In this document: one piece after another, positions 1-10,467 of the stretch
Position numbering within the stretch: the stretch's first letter is position 1
Layout of the letters: each line of letters opens with the position of its first letter
From: a bacterium
GTDB lineage: Bacteria; Armatimonadota; Zipacnadia; Zipacnadales; Zipacnadaceae
Length of the DNA: 64,000 nt
Reading direction: 5' to 3'
Assembly (NCBI GenBank): GCA_030603495.1
Contig: JAUVXR010000010.1
Span: 5,499 to 69,498 of the forward strand
Translations under genes and position numbers: made by a program
The notes under the pieces: model-generated
What the model was told of the DNA's origin: nothing
The model's database searches: none
Seen by the model: only the letters and a program-made list of their open reading frames with translations

Positions 1-2996
1 TCGATACCGTCGCTGGTCCCGCAGTCTTCACCAGTGATAATCACATCCTGGGCCACATCCACCAGCCGGCGGGTAAGATATCCCGCGTCGGCGGTGCGCA
101 GTGCGGTATCTGCCAGACCCTTGCGCGCGCCGTGGGTAGCTACGAAGTACTCAAGCGGATTCAGCCCTTCGTGGAAGTTGCTGCGCACAGGCAGGTCTTC
201 GATGAGCCGACCCATCGGATCGCTCATCAGTCCACGCATGCCGGCAATCTGCGAGATGTGCGAGCGGTTGGCCCGCGCGCCACTGTCCACCATCATCCAG
301 ATCGAGTTGAACTCGCCAATATTGCTGAGAATATCGTCAACGGTGTCCTCGCGCGCCTGCGTCCACTTCTGCAGGACCTGCTGCTCGCGTTCATCCTCGG
401 CGATGACCCCGGCCCGCGCCTGCCGGTTGATGCGGACCACTTCGCGTTCGGTTCGCTCGATAATCTCGTCGCGCCGGGTCGGCACGTCGGTGTCGGCCAG
501 GCAGATGCTTACACCAGCACGAGTGGCGAATTGGAAGCCGATATCTTTGAGATCGTCCAGCATCTGGGCAGTACGCGCCTCGCCATACTGCTGGTAGCAC
601 ATCATAGTCAACTCGGACAGCTCATCCTTGCTGAGCGGATGATTGAAGAACGGTAGGTCCAGCGGCAGATAATGGTTGAAAATTACCCGACCGACGGTCG
701 TCTCGACCAGCACGCGCCGCAGGCTCACCGTCAATGTCGTCCCCACCGGACACCGGCCCTGCTCACACGCCTGCGCGCCGATACGCGCCACCTCGTGCTC
801 GATCCACTCATTTGTGTCGGCGTACAGCTGGCGATGCCTATTCCCGCCGTTACCGCCGAACTGCTTCATTATCTCCTTGGTAAGAGTAACGGCTACAGTA
901 CGCTTCTTGGGCGGGTGCTCGTCGCTGGCGCCAACAGCGACCACGTGCTTGAGCTGACCATCCAGGCTACGATCTATCTCGACCTCCTTGCCCTTCGTCC
1001 CCGTGGCTGCGACCTCAATGATCGGCAGGCGCGCCGTAATGTTGGCGTGTAAGTCAATCTTGCGATGCTCGTACGCCGTGATGACGGCTTCGGCACTCTC
1101 GAAGATCTTGCCTGTACCGGGGACTTCGGGACTCTGTTGGGTCAGATAGTAGCAGCCTATGACTATATCATACAGCGGTTGGGCGATAGGGCTGCCGTCC
1201 GAAGGCTTAAACAGGTTGCGCGATGCCATCATCAGCACCCGCGCTTCGGCTTGCGCGTAGGCCGACAGCGGCACGTGCACCGCCATCTGGTCACCGTCAA
1301 AGTCAGCATTAAAGGCCTGACAGACCAGTGGGTGAAGTTGAATTGCCTTGCCCTCTACCAGAACCGGCTCAAAGGCCTGGATGCCCAACCGGTGCAGCGT
1401 CGGCGCCCGATTAAGTAGTACGGGATGCCCCTGAATAACCTCGTCCAGCGCGTCCCAGACCTCCGGATGCATCCGGTCAATCATCCGTTTGGCCGTCTTG
1501 ATGTTGGTGGTATGCCCCTCATCAACCAGCCGATTCATCACAAATGGCTTGAACAGCTCCAAAGCCATCTGCCGCGGCAAGCCACACTGATGCAACTTCA
1601 GCTCGGGGCCGACGACGATAACCGAGCGCCCCGAATAGTCCACGCGTTTGCCCAGCAGATTTTTGCGGAACCGCCCTTCTTTGCCTTTGAGTTGGTCGCT
1701 CAGCGACTTGAGCGGCCGCCGATTCGTGCCGGTGACCGGACGGCGCCGTCGCCCATTATCTATCAGGGCATCTACTGCCTCCTGGAGTAGACGCCGCTCG
1801 TGATTGACGATTGATTCGGGAGCATTGATCTCGATGATACGCCGCAGACGGTTGTTGCGGTTAATAACGCGGCGATACAAGTCGTTCAGATCAGAGGTGG
1901 CGAAGCGCCCACCATCCAGTTGCACCATCGGTCGCAGCTCTGGCGGCAGGACGGGAACGACATCCATAATCATCCACTCAGGACGGTTCTTGCAGTTGCG
2001 GAAGGCCTCGACGATCTTCAATCGCTTAACTGCGCGCGCCCGCCGGGCCCCACTACGTTCCTCGATCTCATTGCGCAGCTCGTGAGCGAGTTCATCCAGA
2101 TCGATCTTGGCCAGAAGATCTCGGATGGCCTGCGCTCCCAATCCAGCCTCAAACAGCTTCTTGAACTCCTGGCCCAGACGCCGCGCGCAGATCTCTTCAA
2201 TCTGGCGCAGCTTGCGATACTCGACCTCGGTAATCGCCTGCTTCGGCATAAGCTCGAACAACAGCTCCGCCGCCTCCTCCAGCTCTTGGATGCGCTCGGT
2301 TGCCAACCTCTGCTGCTCCTGGATTCGCTGCCCTAGCTCAGCCTCATCCATCTCTGCAGGCAGCGGCTTCTGGCTGAACCCGAAACCGAGCAAGCCCTCC
2401 GGTGCATCTTCCTCCTCGGCCTCTGCTACCTCCTCGCCGGCTGCACGTCTGAGGCAGTTCTCGTAGTGCTGACGCAGTCGCTCGAGGATCGCATCGCACG
2501 CCTCCCGTATCTCCTGCTTTTCCTCTTCCAGCGCCTCCCGGATCAGCTCGCGCTGCGTTTCGATGGTTTCACGCTCAGCGGCAATGACGATGTACGAGGC
2601 GAAGTAGACCACTTCCTGGAGCACCGGACTGGAAACATCCAGCAGCAGACTGATGGGGCTGGGCACCCCCTTCAAGTACCAGCTATGGCAAACTGGCGAG
2701 GCCAACTCGACGTGACCCATCCGCTCCCGGCGCACCTTCCGTCGCGTAACCTCGACCCCGCACCTGTCGCAGATAATCCCCTTGAACTTAACCTTCTTGT
2801 ACTTGCCGCAATGGCACTCCCAGTCCTTGGTCGGCCCAAATATCCGCTCACAGAACAGGCCATCGCGCTCGGGCCGGTAAGTTCGATAGTTGATCGTCTC
2901 GGGCTTCTTGACCTCGCCGTGTGACCACCGGCGGATGGCCTCAGGTGAAGCTAGTCCCACCGTAATGGCTGCAAAATCAGTGCTGGACTCGGCCAA
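1..2996 (-). CDS. rpoC: DNA-directed RNA polymerase beta' subunit (partial, runs off the left edge)
   Basis: Manual minus-strand translation from TTG at 2996 (GGAGG upstream): [39 protein letters not shown]...[16 protein letters not shown], with the catalytic NADFDGDQM motif near 1290-1315. Absent from the ORF track because its stop lies outside the window. Confidence 0.98.
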   Translation of the reverse strand, partial: MAESSTDFAAITVGLASPEAIRRWSHGEVKKPETINYRTYRPERDGLFCERIFGPTKDWECHCGKYKKVKFKGIICDRCGVEVTRRKVRRERMGHVELASPVCHSWYLKGVPSPISLLLDVSSPVLQEVVYFASYIVIAAERETIETQRELIREALEEEKQEIREACDAILERLRQHYENCLRRAAGEEVAEAEEEDAPEGLLGFGFSQKPLPAEMDEAELGQRIQEQQRLATERIQELEEAAELLFELMPKQAITEVEYRKLRQIEEICARRLGQEFKKLFEAGLGAQAIRDLLAKIDLDELAHELRNEIEERSGARRARAVKRLKIVEAFRNCKNRPEWMIMDVVPVLPPELRPMVQLDGGRFATSDLNDLYRRVINRNNRLRRIIEINAPESIVNHERRLLQEAVDALIDNGRRRRPVTGTNRRPLKSLSDQLKGKEGRFRKNLLGKRVDYSGRSVIVVGPELKLHQCGLPRQMALELFKPFVMNRLVDEGHTTNIKTAKRMIDRMHPEVWDALDEVIQGHPVLLNRAPTLHRLGIQAFEPVLVEGKAIQLHPLVCQAFNADFDGDQMAVHVPLSAYAQAEARVLMMASRNLFKPSDGSPIAQPLYDIVIGCYYLTQQSPEVPGTGKIFESAEAVITAYEHRKIDLHANITARLPIIEVAATGTKGKEVEIDRSLDGQLKHVVAVGASDEHPPKKRTVAVTLTKEIMKQFGGNGGNRHRQLYADTNEWIEHEVARIGAQACEQGRCPVGTTLTVSLRRVLVETTVGRVIFNHYLPLDLPFFNHPLSKDELSELTMMCYQQYGEARTAQMLDDLKDIGFQFATRAGVSICLADTDVPTRRDEIIERTEREVVRINRQARAGVIAEDEREQQVLQKWTQAREDTVDDILSNIGEFNSIWMMVDSGARANRSHISQIAGMRGLMSDPMGRLIEDLPVRSNFHEGLNPLEYFVATHGARKGLADTALRTADAGYLTRRLVDVAQDVIITGEDCGTSDGI

Positions 2997-3084
2997 CTAT
3001 CTCGCCTCCGAAGAAAAGCTGTTCAGTAGTGAACTATATCTGGCCCGAAAGGACCTATGCAAAACCGAACTGCAGCCCGGCGGA

Positions 3085-6000
3085 CTATTGTAGCGTTCGC
3101 CCGTCGCTGCTCAGGTCAATTGCCTCGCCGTCCTCGCCTTCTACCTTTACGTCCAGCGCCAGGCTTTGCATCTCCCGCACCAGAATCTTGAAGGACTCCG
3201 GTATCCCGGGCTCGCTGATATTCTCGTTCTTGACAATGGCCTCGTAGGTCTGCACCCGCCCCTGGACGTCGTCGGACTTCACCGTCAGCATCTCCTGAAG
3301 AGTATGGGCAGCCCCGTAAGCTTCCAACGCCCAGACCTCCATCTCGCCGAACCGCTGTCCCCCCATCTGCGCCTTACCGCCCAGCGGCTGCTGCGTAATC
3401 AGTGAGTATGGCCCGGTCGAACGGGCATGGATCTTATCCTCGGCTAGGTGGTGAAGCTTAAGGATGTACATGTAGCCCACGGCTATGGGTTGGTTGAACG
3501 GCTCCCCGGTGCGACCGTCGTAGACTACCGATTTCCCTTTCTCCGGGTCAAACTGTACGCGCTGCCAGGCGCGCTCGGTCGCCACGTCCGTGATGAGTTG
3601 CCCGGCCCCGTTCCCGCCGGCTTGTTCCCAAACGTGTGGCTCGATAGCCAACCAATCAGTCAGAGTCGTTAGCTCTTCCTTCTGGTACTGGTTGAGCTGC
3701 TGCGTTATCTCCGCCTGCAATTCCTCGACGCTATCCGACTCGAACTCAAGCAGATCAACGATCGGCTCAAACCGATTCAGCTCCATCTGGGCGTACCCGA
3801 ATAGGGCTTTGTACCGGAGCTTCTGCTGTACGGCCGCCATACCTCGCTTGATCTCGGGCGCTGAATATCCGTCGAAGACCGGACAGACGAAATTCTGTCC
3901 GAGGTGGTGGGCGACATAGCCCAGGTGCGTCTCCAGAATCTGACCGATATTCATACGCGAGGGTACGCTCAACGGGTTGAGGCAGATGTCAACCGGGGTG
4001 CCATCAGCCAGGTACGGCATGTCCTCAACCGGCATAATCTTGGAGATGACCCCCTTATTGCCGTGGCGACCGGTAAGCTTGTCGCCGACCATGACCTTAC
4101 GCCGCTGCGCCACGAACACTTGCACCATTTGGTTGACACCCGGATTAAGCTGGTCAGTGGGCAACTTTCTCAGACTGCCCTCGCAGCGTTTGCACTCGAG
4201 GCGCTCCGGCTTCAGCCCATAGGCGAAATCCGCTTGGCACTTCTTGCACTTGTAGTGGTAGCGCGAAAAGACCCGCGTCGCGATGACGATCCCACCCTCA
4301 CCGTGGGGCACGCGCAACGAGACATCCCGCATCTCTTCGGCTTTCTTCCCGAAGATAGCAATGACCAGCTTCTCTTCCGCCGTCAATTCTGACTGCCCCT
4401 TGGGCGCAACCTTACCAACGATGATGTCCCCGGCCCGGATCTCCGCCCCAATCCGTACTATGCCGCCGTCGTCTAGGTCCCTAAGCGCCTCCTCGCCGAC
4501 ATTGGGGATGTCCCTGGTGATCTCCTCCGACCCCAGCTTGGTGTCCCGGGCCTCGCATTCGTACCTTTCAATATGGACTGAGGTCAGCACGTCATCCAAG
4601 ACCAGCCGTTCGCTAATCAGGATAGCGTCCTCGTAGTTGTAACCCTCGAAGGGGATAAACGCCACGAGTACGTTCTTGCCCAAGGCCAGCTCTCCCTGGC
4701 TGGTGGAAGCACCATCCGCCAGCACCCGCCCCGCCCTGATCTTCTCCCCTTGTCGGACTAAGGCGCGCTGATTGATGCAGGTGCCCATATTTGTCCGAAC
4801 GAATTTACTGAGCACAAAGTTCTCTTCACTTCCGTCTTCGTGCTCGACCAACAGATGCTCACCGTCGAGCTCAGTGACCTGGCCATCCGCGGCAGCGACC
4901 AGCAGCGCTCCAGAATCGCGGGCGGTCGTCGATTCTATGCCCGTCTTGATCAACGGCCCTTCTGTCACCACCAACGGCACGGCCTGCCGCTGCATGTTTG
5001 ACCCGGCTAAGGCTCGGACTGCGTCGTTGTTCTCTAGGAACGGGATTAACGCCGTGGCCACTGAGAATATCTGGCATGCCGAGATGTCCCGGTAGTCTAT
5101 CTCCGTCCTCGCCACCCGCGGGAAGCTCCCGCCATGGCGGACAGTGATCTCATCATTAGCGAACCTGCCACCCTTGCCCAATGGCTCTGAGCTGGTAGCG
5201 ATGCGATAGTGCTCCTCATTCGCCGCATCGAGGTAATCAACTTCGTCCGTCACCCGGCCATTGCTTACCCGATAGTAAGGGGTCTCAATGAAGCCAAATT
5301 CGTTGACCTTGGCGTGCAGGGCCAGGTAACCAATCAGACCGACATTAGGGCCCTCCGGTGTCTCGATCGGACAGATCCGGCCATAGTGGGAGTGGTGGAC
5401 GTCGCGAACTTCCAACTTAGCACTCTGTTTTGACAGTCCCCCCGGCCCCAGCGCGGAGAGCCGGCGCTTGTGTGCCAGCTCTGCCAAGGGATTGATCTGG
5501 TCCATAAACTGCGAGAGCTGCCCGCTCCCGAAGAAGCTGTTGATGGCCGCGGTTACCGGCTTGATGCTGATGACCGAAGCCGGGATCATCTCGTCGGGCT
5601 CCTGACTGGTCATCCGCTCCCGCGCTACTCGCTCCATCCGGAAAAAGCCGGTGCGCAACTGTGCCTGGAGCAATTCCCCGACGGCGCGCACCCGCTTGTT
5701 CTGCAAATGATCAATGTCGTCCACTTCACCCTCGCCCCGAGGTAGCTGCAGCAGGTAATCTAGGACGGCCAGCAGATCCGTACGCGACAACTGGCCGACA
5801 TCCTCGCCAATACTGATATTGAGCTTCTGGTTTATCTTGTAACGCCCGACCCGGCTGAGATCATAGCGCTTTATGTCAAAGAAATAAGCCTGAAGTAGCG
5901 ATTCAGCGCTCTCAATCGTAGGGGGATCGCCCGGATGCATCTTGCGGTAGACGTCAAGCAGCCCCTCCTCCGCCGAATGGGTATCGTCGTCCTCCAATGT

Positions 6001-6891
6001 GGCGTGAACCTCGTAGGGCACCGCCACTACCCGCACCTGTCGCCGGCCCATACTCTCTAGTTTCTTGGCTATAGTCTCACTGATATACCCATACGAGCCG
6101 ACCAGTACCCCGCCCTCACCGCTGGCTATCTGATCGAGTGAATAGTAGACGTCGTAGGCCTCGATGCCCGGCATCCCCCCGGCTTCGCGCTGCGCGAAGC
6201 TCTTCACCAGTGCCTTCACGTCGAGGTAATGATGCTCGCCGAAGTATTCCAGAATCTCCACATCAGTGCCGACCGCCGGGACCTCGGCGCCTTCTGCATC
6301 CTCAAACCAATCCAGTGCACGCAGCAGCGTCGTTACCGGAAACTTACGGGTCTGCCCGGTCTTTACGCTCATGACTCCGCTGCTAGCAGTGCTGATCTCC
6401 ACCCAGGCCCCTTCGGCAGGAATAATCTGCGCTGTATAGAGTACCTTACCTGCCGAATCAATGGTGTCGCGAAAATAGGCACCTGGAGAGCGCGACAGTT
6501 GACTGATGACAACCCGCTCCGCCCCGTTGATCAAGAAGGTGCCTTGCGGCGTCATCTTGGGCAGTTCGCCCATGTACAACTCGCTCTCCTTGATCTCCCC
6601 CGTTTCCCGGTTAACCAGGCGCACTCGCGCGTGGATGGGCTGCTCGAAGGTGATGTCGGCCTCTCGGCACTCCTCCAGACTGCGTTTCGGCTCACCCAGC
6701 CAGTAGTCCAGGAACTCCAACGCCAGAACTCCGGTGTAGTCCTCAACGGGACTGAAATTGTGGAAAAGCTCGGCGAGGCCCTGCGCCACAAACCACCGGT
6801 ACGATTCAGTCTGGATCTCGATGAGGTCAGGCAACAACTCTGCATCTACGGGGTTTTGCTGTCGGGGCTCAAGCGGAATTACCTGCGCCAT
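3085..6891 (-). CDS. rpoB: DNA-directed RNA polymerase beta subunit
   Basis: 1268 aa; [26 protein letters not shown] and [18 protein letters not shown] motifs; directly upstream of rpoC. Confidence 0.99.
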   Translation of the reverse strand: MAQVIPLEPRQQNPVDAELLPDLIEIQTESYRWFVAQGLAELFHNFSPVEDYTGVLALEFLDYWLGEPKRSLEECREADITFEQPIHARVRLVNRETGEIKESELYMGELPKMTPQGTFLINGAERVVISQLSRSPGAYFRDTIDSAGKVLYTAQIIPAEGAWVEISTASSGVMSVKTGQTRKFPVTTLLRALDWFEDAEGAEVPAVGTDVEILEYFGEHHYLDVKALVKSFAQREAGGMPGIEAYDVYYSLDQIASGEGGVLVGSYGYISETIAKKLESMGRRQVRVVAVPYEVHATLEDDDTHSAEEGLLDVYRKMHPGDPPTIESAESLLQAYFFDIKRYDLSRVGRYKINQKLNISIGEDVGQLSRTDLLAVLDYLLQLPRGEGEVDDIDHLQNKRVRAVGELLQAQLRTGFFRMERVARERMTSQEPDEMIPASVISIKPVTAAINSFFGSGQLSQFMDQINPLAELAHKRRLSALGPGGLSKQSAKLEVRDVHHSHYGRICPIETPEGPNVGLIGYLALHAKVNEFGFIETPYYRVSNGRVTDEVDYLDAANEEHYRIATSSEPLGKGGRFANDEITVRHGGSFPRVARTEIDYRDISACQIFSVATALIPFLENNDAVRALAGSNMQRQAVPLVVTEGPLIKTGIESTTARDSGALLVAAADGQVTELDGEHLLVEHEDGSEENFVLSKFVRTNMGTCINQRALVRQGEKIRAGRVLADGASTSQGELALGKNVLVAFIPFEGYNYEDAILISERLVLDDVLTSVHIERYECEARDTKLGSEEITRDIPNVGEEALRDLDDGGIVRIGAEIRAGDIIVGKVAPKGQSELTAEEKLVIAIFGKKAEEMRDVSLRVPHGEGGIVIATRVFSRYHYKCKKCQADFAYGLKPERLECKRCEGSLRKLPTDQLNPGVNQMVQVFVAQRRKVMVGDKLTGRHGNKGVISKIMPVEDMPYLADGTPVDICLNPLSVPSRMNIGQILETHLGYVAHHLGQNFVCPVFDGYSAPEIKRGMAAVQQKLRYKALFGYAQMELNRFEPIVDLLEFESDSVEELQAEITQQLNQYQKEELTTLTDWLAIEPHVWEQAGGNGAGQLITDVATERAWQRVQFDPEKGKSVVYDGRTGEPFNQPIAVGYMYILKLHHLAEDKIHARSTGPYSLITQQPLGGKAQMGGQRFGEMEVWALEAYGAAHTLQEMLTVKSDDVQGRVQTYEAIVKNENISEPGIPESFKILVREMQSLALDVKVEGEDGEAIDLSSDGRTLQ

Positions 6892-7090
6892 AGTATCGCT
6901 AGACTCCTCGTCGGCCGGCCTCGGCCCTAGGGCGCCGGCACCCTAATACGGATGCAGCACATCAGTGTCTCACGCCAAGCGCCCGCTTGCACTGATCTAT
7001 GGTATGCATCCGCTGGAGGTGAGGCTACAGCATCCGGCTATGCGTGCATGCGTAAGGTGTGTGCTGGGATATATCCTCTTAGAAAGATAG

Positions 7091-7119
7091 AGTATACACA
7101 ATTCTTGGTTTTGTGTCAA
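7091..7119 (-). promoter_or_regulatory. sigma70-type promoter for rpoBC
   Basis: Minus strand TTGACA-N17-TATACT, about 200 nt upstream of the rpoB ATG. Confidence 0.8.
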
Positions 7120-7284
7120 CCCCCCCCAAGCCACTAAGCCACCATTTGCCCTCATCCGGGCAATTACGCGTTGCTGCTGCTCACCCGGCCACAGACTATT
7201 GCTACCACACAGCAGCAGAATGGCGTTCAGTTCACCCTAGCTCGCATGCGCATCTCTGCTCTCCGGACCTCGAGGAACCACCAG

Positions 7285-8448
7285 CTAGTAGCCAGAGCGT
7301 TTCCCAGCCACAGTCATCTGTCGGTACAGGGCAGCAGTAGCTGCAGCCTGTGCCTCGACCGTGAAGAGCTTCTCAGCGCGCTGCCGCCCGCTCTCGCCCA
7401 GCCGACGCCTAAGCTCCGAGTCAGCCAGCAGGCGATCCATACCTTCAGCCAGTGCCGTGGCATCGCCAGGCGGAACTAGCAGGCCGGTCTCACCGTCCAC
7501 AATGGCCTCATCTATGCCCGGCGCCTGGCTGCCAACGGTCGGTACCCCCACGAAGGCCGCCTCAATCAGGCAGAGGCCCAGCCCCTCTTTCGCGACCGAC
7601 GGTAGCGCCACGATGTCGCAGAGCTGCATTATCGCCACGGCATCCTCCCGGTACCCCAGGAAATAGGTCCGCTCTGCAATGCGTAACTGCTCGGCCAACC
7701 GCGGCAGCCTGGCGGCCAGCGGCCCGCTACCCACGATCAGGCAGTGCAGTTCGGGGTGACGACCGCTGAGCTTAGCTACCGCCTCCAGTAGGTACTTGTG
7801 CCCCTTCTTGGGCGATAAGTGCGCCACTACACCGACCACCGTTACTCCCTCGGGCAGCCCCAGCTCCTCCCGCACCTGCTGGGGGGGCGGGAGGCTGGCA
7901 AAACGCTCCGCCGGGATACCGTTGTAGATTGCGTGGATGCAAGCAGGGTCCACACCCTGGCCGATGAGATGCTGCCGGACGCCCTGCGACGGCGTCACTA
8001 TTGCGTCAGCCATTCCGTACCACCACCTGCGGTTCAGCGCGTGGACGTGAGCCAGAGCGGGAATGTCCATGCGCCGCGCCGCCACGCTGCCCCACAGACT
8101 GGCCGTGGACAGATGTGTGTGAATGATGTCGGCGTCAATCTCCCGAGCCAGCCGGGCAATCCGTCCGGGCGCTGCCAGATTCGTCTTCCCGGCAATCCCC
8201 GGGGTATGCACCTCCACGCCCCGCTTCGCCAGTTCGTCCTCCAGGCGCTCGTTGGCCTTGGTCGCTACCACCACCTGGTGTCCCGCTTGCTCAAGAGCCG
8301 CCGAGAGAAAGACGACCACCTGCTCCGCCCCCGAGTAGCGCGACGGGGTAATGACTTGTAGGATTGACAACCGGTCTGACACGCCGCGAAGCCTCCAGTA
8401 CGGGATGCCTGTAACTTCCTCTTCTGCTGGAAGTTCGCTCTCGGACAC
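7285..8448 (-). CDS. GT4-family glycosyltransferase
   Basis: GAEQVV N-terminal motif, KGH, EGLGLCLIEA motif; AGGAGG RBS. Confidence 0.92.
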   Translation of the reverse strand: MSESELPAEEEVTGIPYWRLRGVSDRLSILQVITPSRYSGAEQVVVFLSAALEQAGHQVVVATKANERLEDELAKRGVEVHTPGIAGKTNLAAPGRIARLAREIDADIIHTHLSTASLWGSVAARRMDIPALAHVHALNRRWWYGMADAIVTPSQGVRQHLIGQGVDPACIHAIYNGIPAERFASLPPPQQVREELGLPEGVTVVGVVAHLSPKKGHKYLLEAVAKLSGRHPELHCLIVGSGPLAARLPRLAEQLRIAERTYFLGYREDAVAIMQLCDIVALPSVAKEGLGLCLIEAAFVGVPTVGSQAPGIDEAIVDGETGLLVPPGDATALAEGMDRLLADSELRRRLGESGRQRAEKLFTVEAQAAATAALYRQMTVAGKRSGY

Positions 8449-8561
8449 CTACCCTCCTGCGATGACCTGAGCATAATCCCGATGCGAATAGAAGGTAACC
8501 GCTGCCCGGCGGCGAACATACTTCATACCGCTAATTCCAAACGCTGCACCCAATTAACCTC

Positions 8562-9671
8562 GTGTCCACCCGAGCCCGAGAACCAAACTTCGAACGATTG
8601 CGCCAGGTGCTGCTCCGTCAGGGAGAGTCGGATCTACTTCCCTTTATGGAGCTAAAATATGATCACGAAATAATGGAGGCGATTCTGGGACGCCCAATAC
8701 CCAAAGCTGGCTATTCCAGTCAGCAACAGCGTAGTGCGACTGATGCTGAAGCTCTGCGGGAGTATTACCATCTGCTAGCCGAGTTCTATCGCCGAATGGG
8801 TCATGATTATGTTCGCGGCCGCCTGGGCCTGATGCTACCCTTGCACGATCTGCACGCACAGGACACCGCGCAACTCGCCAGCGGCAACCGTAGTTGGCGT
8901 AATGAGACGCGCGGTCCCATCAATAGCTGGGAGGACTTTGAAAAGTATCCCTGGCCCGACTCATCTGATATTGATTTCCGTCCACTGGAATACGCCGCCG
9001 AGGCGATGGTTGAGGGGATGAAGGTCATCGGGATGGCCAGCGGCATATTTGAGAACACCTCGTGGCTGTTCGGTACTGAAAACCTTTGCTACGCCCTTTT
9101 CGATCAGCCCGACCTCGTCAAAGCTGTCGCTGACCGCGTGGGCGAACTCTGGGTGGCCGCTGTTGGGGGAATGGCCAGTATGGAAAGCGTGGGTGCAATC
9201 TGTGCTGGCGACGATATGGGCTTTAAGACCGGCACCCTGGTAGCACCTGAAGTCCTGCGCGAATACATCTTGCCGTGGCATAAGAAGTGCGTTCAGGCTG
9301 CCCATACCTACGACAAACCGTACGTCCTGCACAGTTGCGGGGACGTCAGCGCCATTATGGACGATCTGATTGACGACGTGGGAATTGATGCCAAACATTC
9401 CTTCGAGGATGTGATCATGCCCATCACTGAAGTCAAGAAGCGATGGGGAGAGCGCGTAGCCCTGGTTGGTGGTGTGGATGTTGATGTCCTGGCCCGTCGT
9501 GACGAGACCTATGTACGCGACTACACCCGCGAGATAATCCTGGGCTGTGCCCCCGGCGGCGGCTACGTGCTGGGCTCAGGCAACAGCATCGCCAACTACT
9601 GCAAGGTCGAAAACGTTTTGGCTATGTACGATGAGGGGCGTAAACTGGGCATCTATCCTATCGTAGAGTGA
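8562..9671 (+). CDS. uroporphyrinogen decarboxylase (URO-D/MtaA-CmuA) family protein
   Basis: GDDMGFK, LHSCG, GGVDV and GYVLGSGNSI motifs typical of URO-D-like proteins. Confidence 0.85.
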   Translation: MSTRAREPNFERLRQVLLRQGESDLLPFMELKYDHEIMEAILGRPIPKAGYSSQQQRSATDAEALREYYHLLAEFYRRMGHDYVRGRLGLMLPLHDLHAQDTAQLASGNRSWRNETRGPINSWEDFEKYPWPDSSDIDFRPLEYAAEAMVEGMKVIGMASGIFENTSWLFGTENLCYALFDQPDLVKAVADRVGELWVAAVGGMASMESVGAICAGDDMGFKTGTLVAPEVLREYILPWHKKCVQAAHTYDKPYVLHSCGDVSAIMDDLIDDVGIDAKHSFEDVIMPITEVKKRWGERVALVGGVDVDVLARRDETYVRDYTREIILGCAPGGGYVLGSGNSIANYCKVENVLAMYDEGRKLGIYPIVE

Positions 9672-9704
9672 ACAAGCCCAATTAACCTAAGGAAGTGAGC
9701 CACG

Positions 9705-10361
9705 GTGATTGCCAGTATTCGCTCAAAGATATACTTCGTCACTCCGCCTGACGTTGCCGATCTTCGTTGCCTGCTTGACCTGGTGCGGGCAGCCATCCGT
9801 GGCGGCGCGGGCATGATTCAGTACCGCACCAAGAATCGCTCCACCCGAATCATGGTGGAAGAAGCGCGATCCCTGCTTAAACTTACCCGCCCCGCTGAGG
9901 TGCCGCTTATCGTCAACGACCGCGTGGACGTGGCCCTGGCAGTAGGCGCCGACGGGGTCCATATCGGCCAACAAGAGGATATGCCCGTGGCTGACGCTCG
10001 ACGCCTCATCGGCCCACATGCTATCTTAGGCGTCACTGCACCCGTCCTGGCCGAAGCCCACCAGGCCCAGCGCGCCGCCGCCACCTACGTCTCCTGTGGT
10101 CCGGTTTTCGCCTCCCCGACCAAGCCAGACAAGCCCCCCCTCGGCCCGCTGGCGGTGCAACACCTTCAGACGACCATCTCGCTGCCCATCTGCGCCATCG
10201 GTGGAATCACCGAGAACACCTTGCCGCACCTGAGCGAGGTCAATCCCGCTCTCGTCGCAGTATCTTCGGCGATCAGCCAAGCCGCTGAGGCTCAGGCCGC
10301 CACTGAGCGTTTGGTCCAGTTGGCCGAGCAAGTCATACCTCGGCCCACCTTTGGCCCGTGA
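9705..10361 (+). CDS. thiE: thiamine phosphate synthase
   Basis: QYRTK, LIVNDRVDVALAVGADGVHIGQ, GPVFASPTK and AIGGI motifs. Confidence 0.92.
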   Translation: MIASIRSKIYFVTPPDVADLRCLLDLVRAAIRGGAGMIQYRTKNRSTRIMVEEARSLLKLTRPAEVPLIVNDRVDVALAVGADGVHIGQQEDMPVADARRLIGPHAILGVTAPVLAEAHQAQRAAATYVSCGPVFASPTKPDKPPLGPLAVQHLQTTISLPICAIGGITENTLPHLSEVNPALVAVSSAISQAAEAQAATERLVQLAEQVIPRPTFGP

Positions 10362-10467
10362 GACCAGACGGCCCCCCCAGTCCACTCTTGCTCTTTTGCG
10401 GTCTTCGAAGCTGTCTCGTGCCGATATCTCACGGCTGCACTGCCGCTGGGCTACCGTTCTTCCTGCA

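Noticed and set aside
5440..5530. Rifampicin-resistance substitutions in RpoB
   Set aside because: Residues equivalent to D516, H526 and S531 are all wild type.
34..6930. Many + strand ORFs over the first 7 kb
   Set aside because: Antisense shadows of rpoC and rpoB; similar shadow ORFs occur over gyrA, gyrB, feoB and nrdJ.
7140..7284. Hairpins (TTGCCC/GGGCAA, CTGCTGCT/AGCAGCAG) after the GT4 gene as an ncRNA
   Set aside because: Single copy, no recognisable family; could simply be terminator or chance structure.
9672..9704. TPP riboswitch before thiE
   Set aside because: The intergenic gap is only 33 bp and lacks the conserved TPP motifs.
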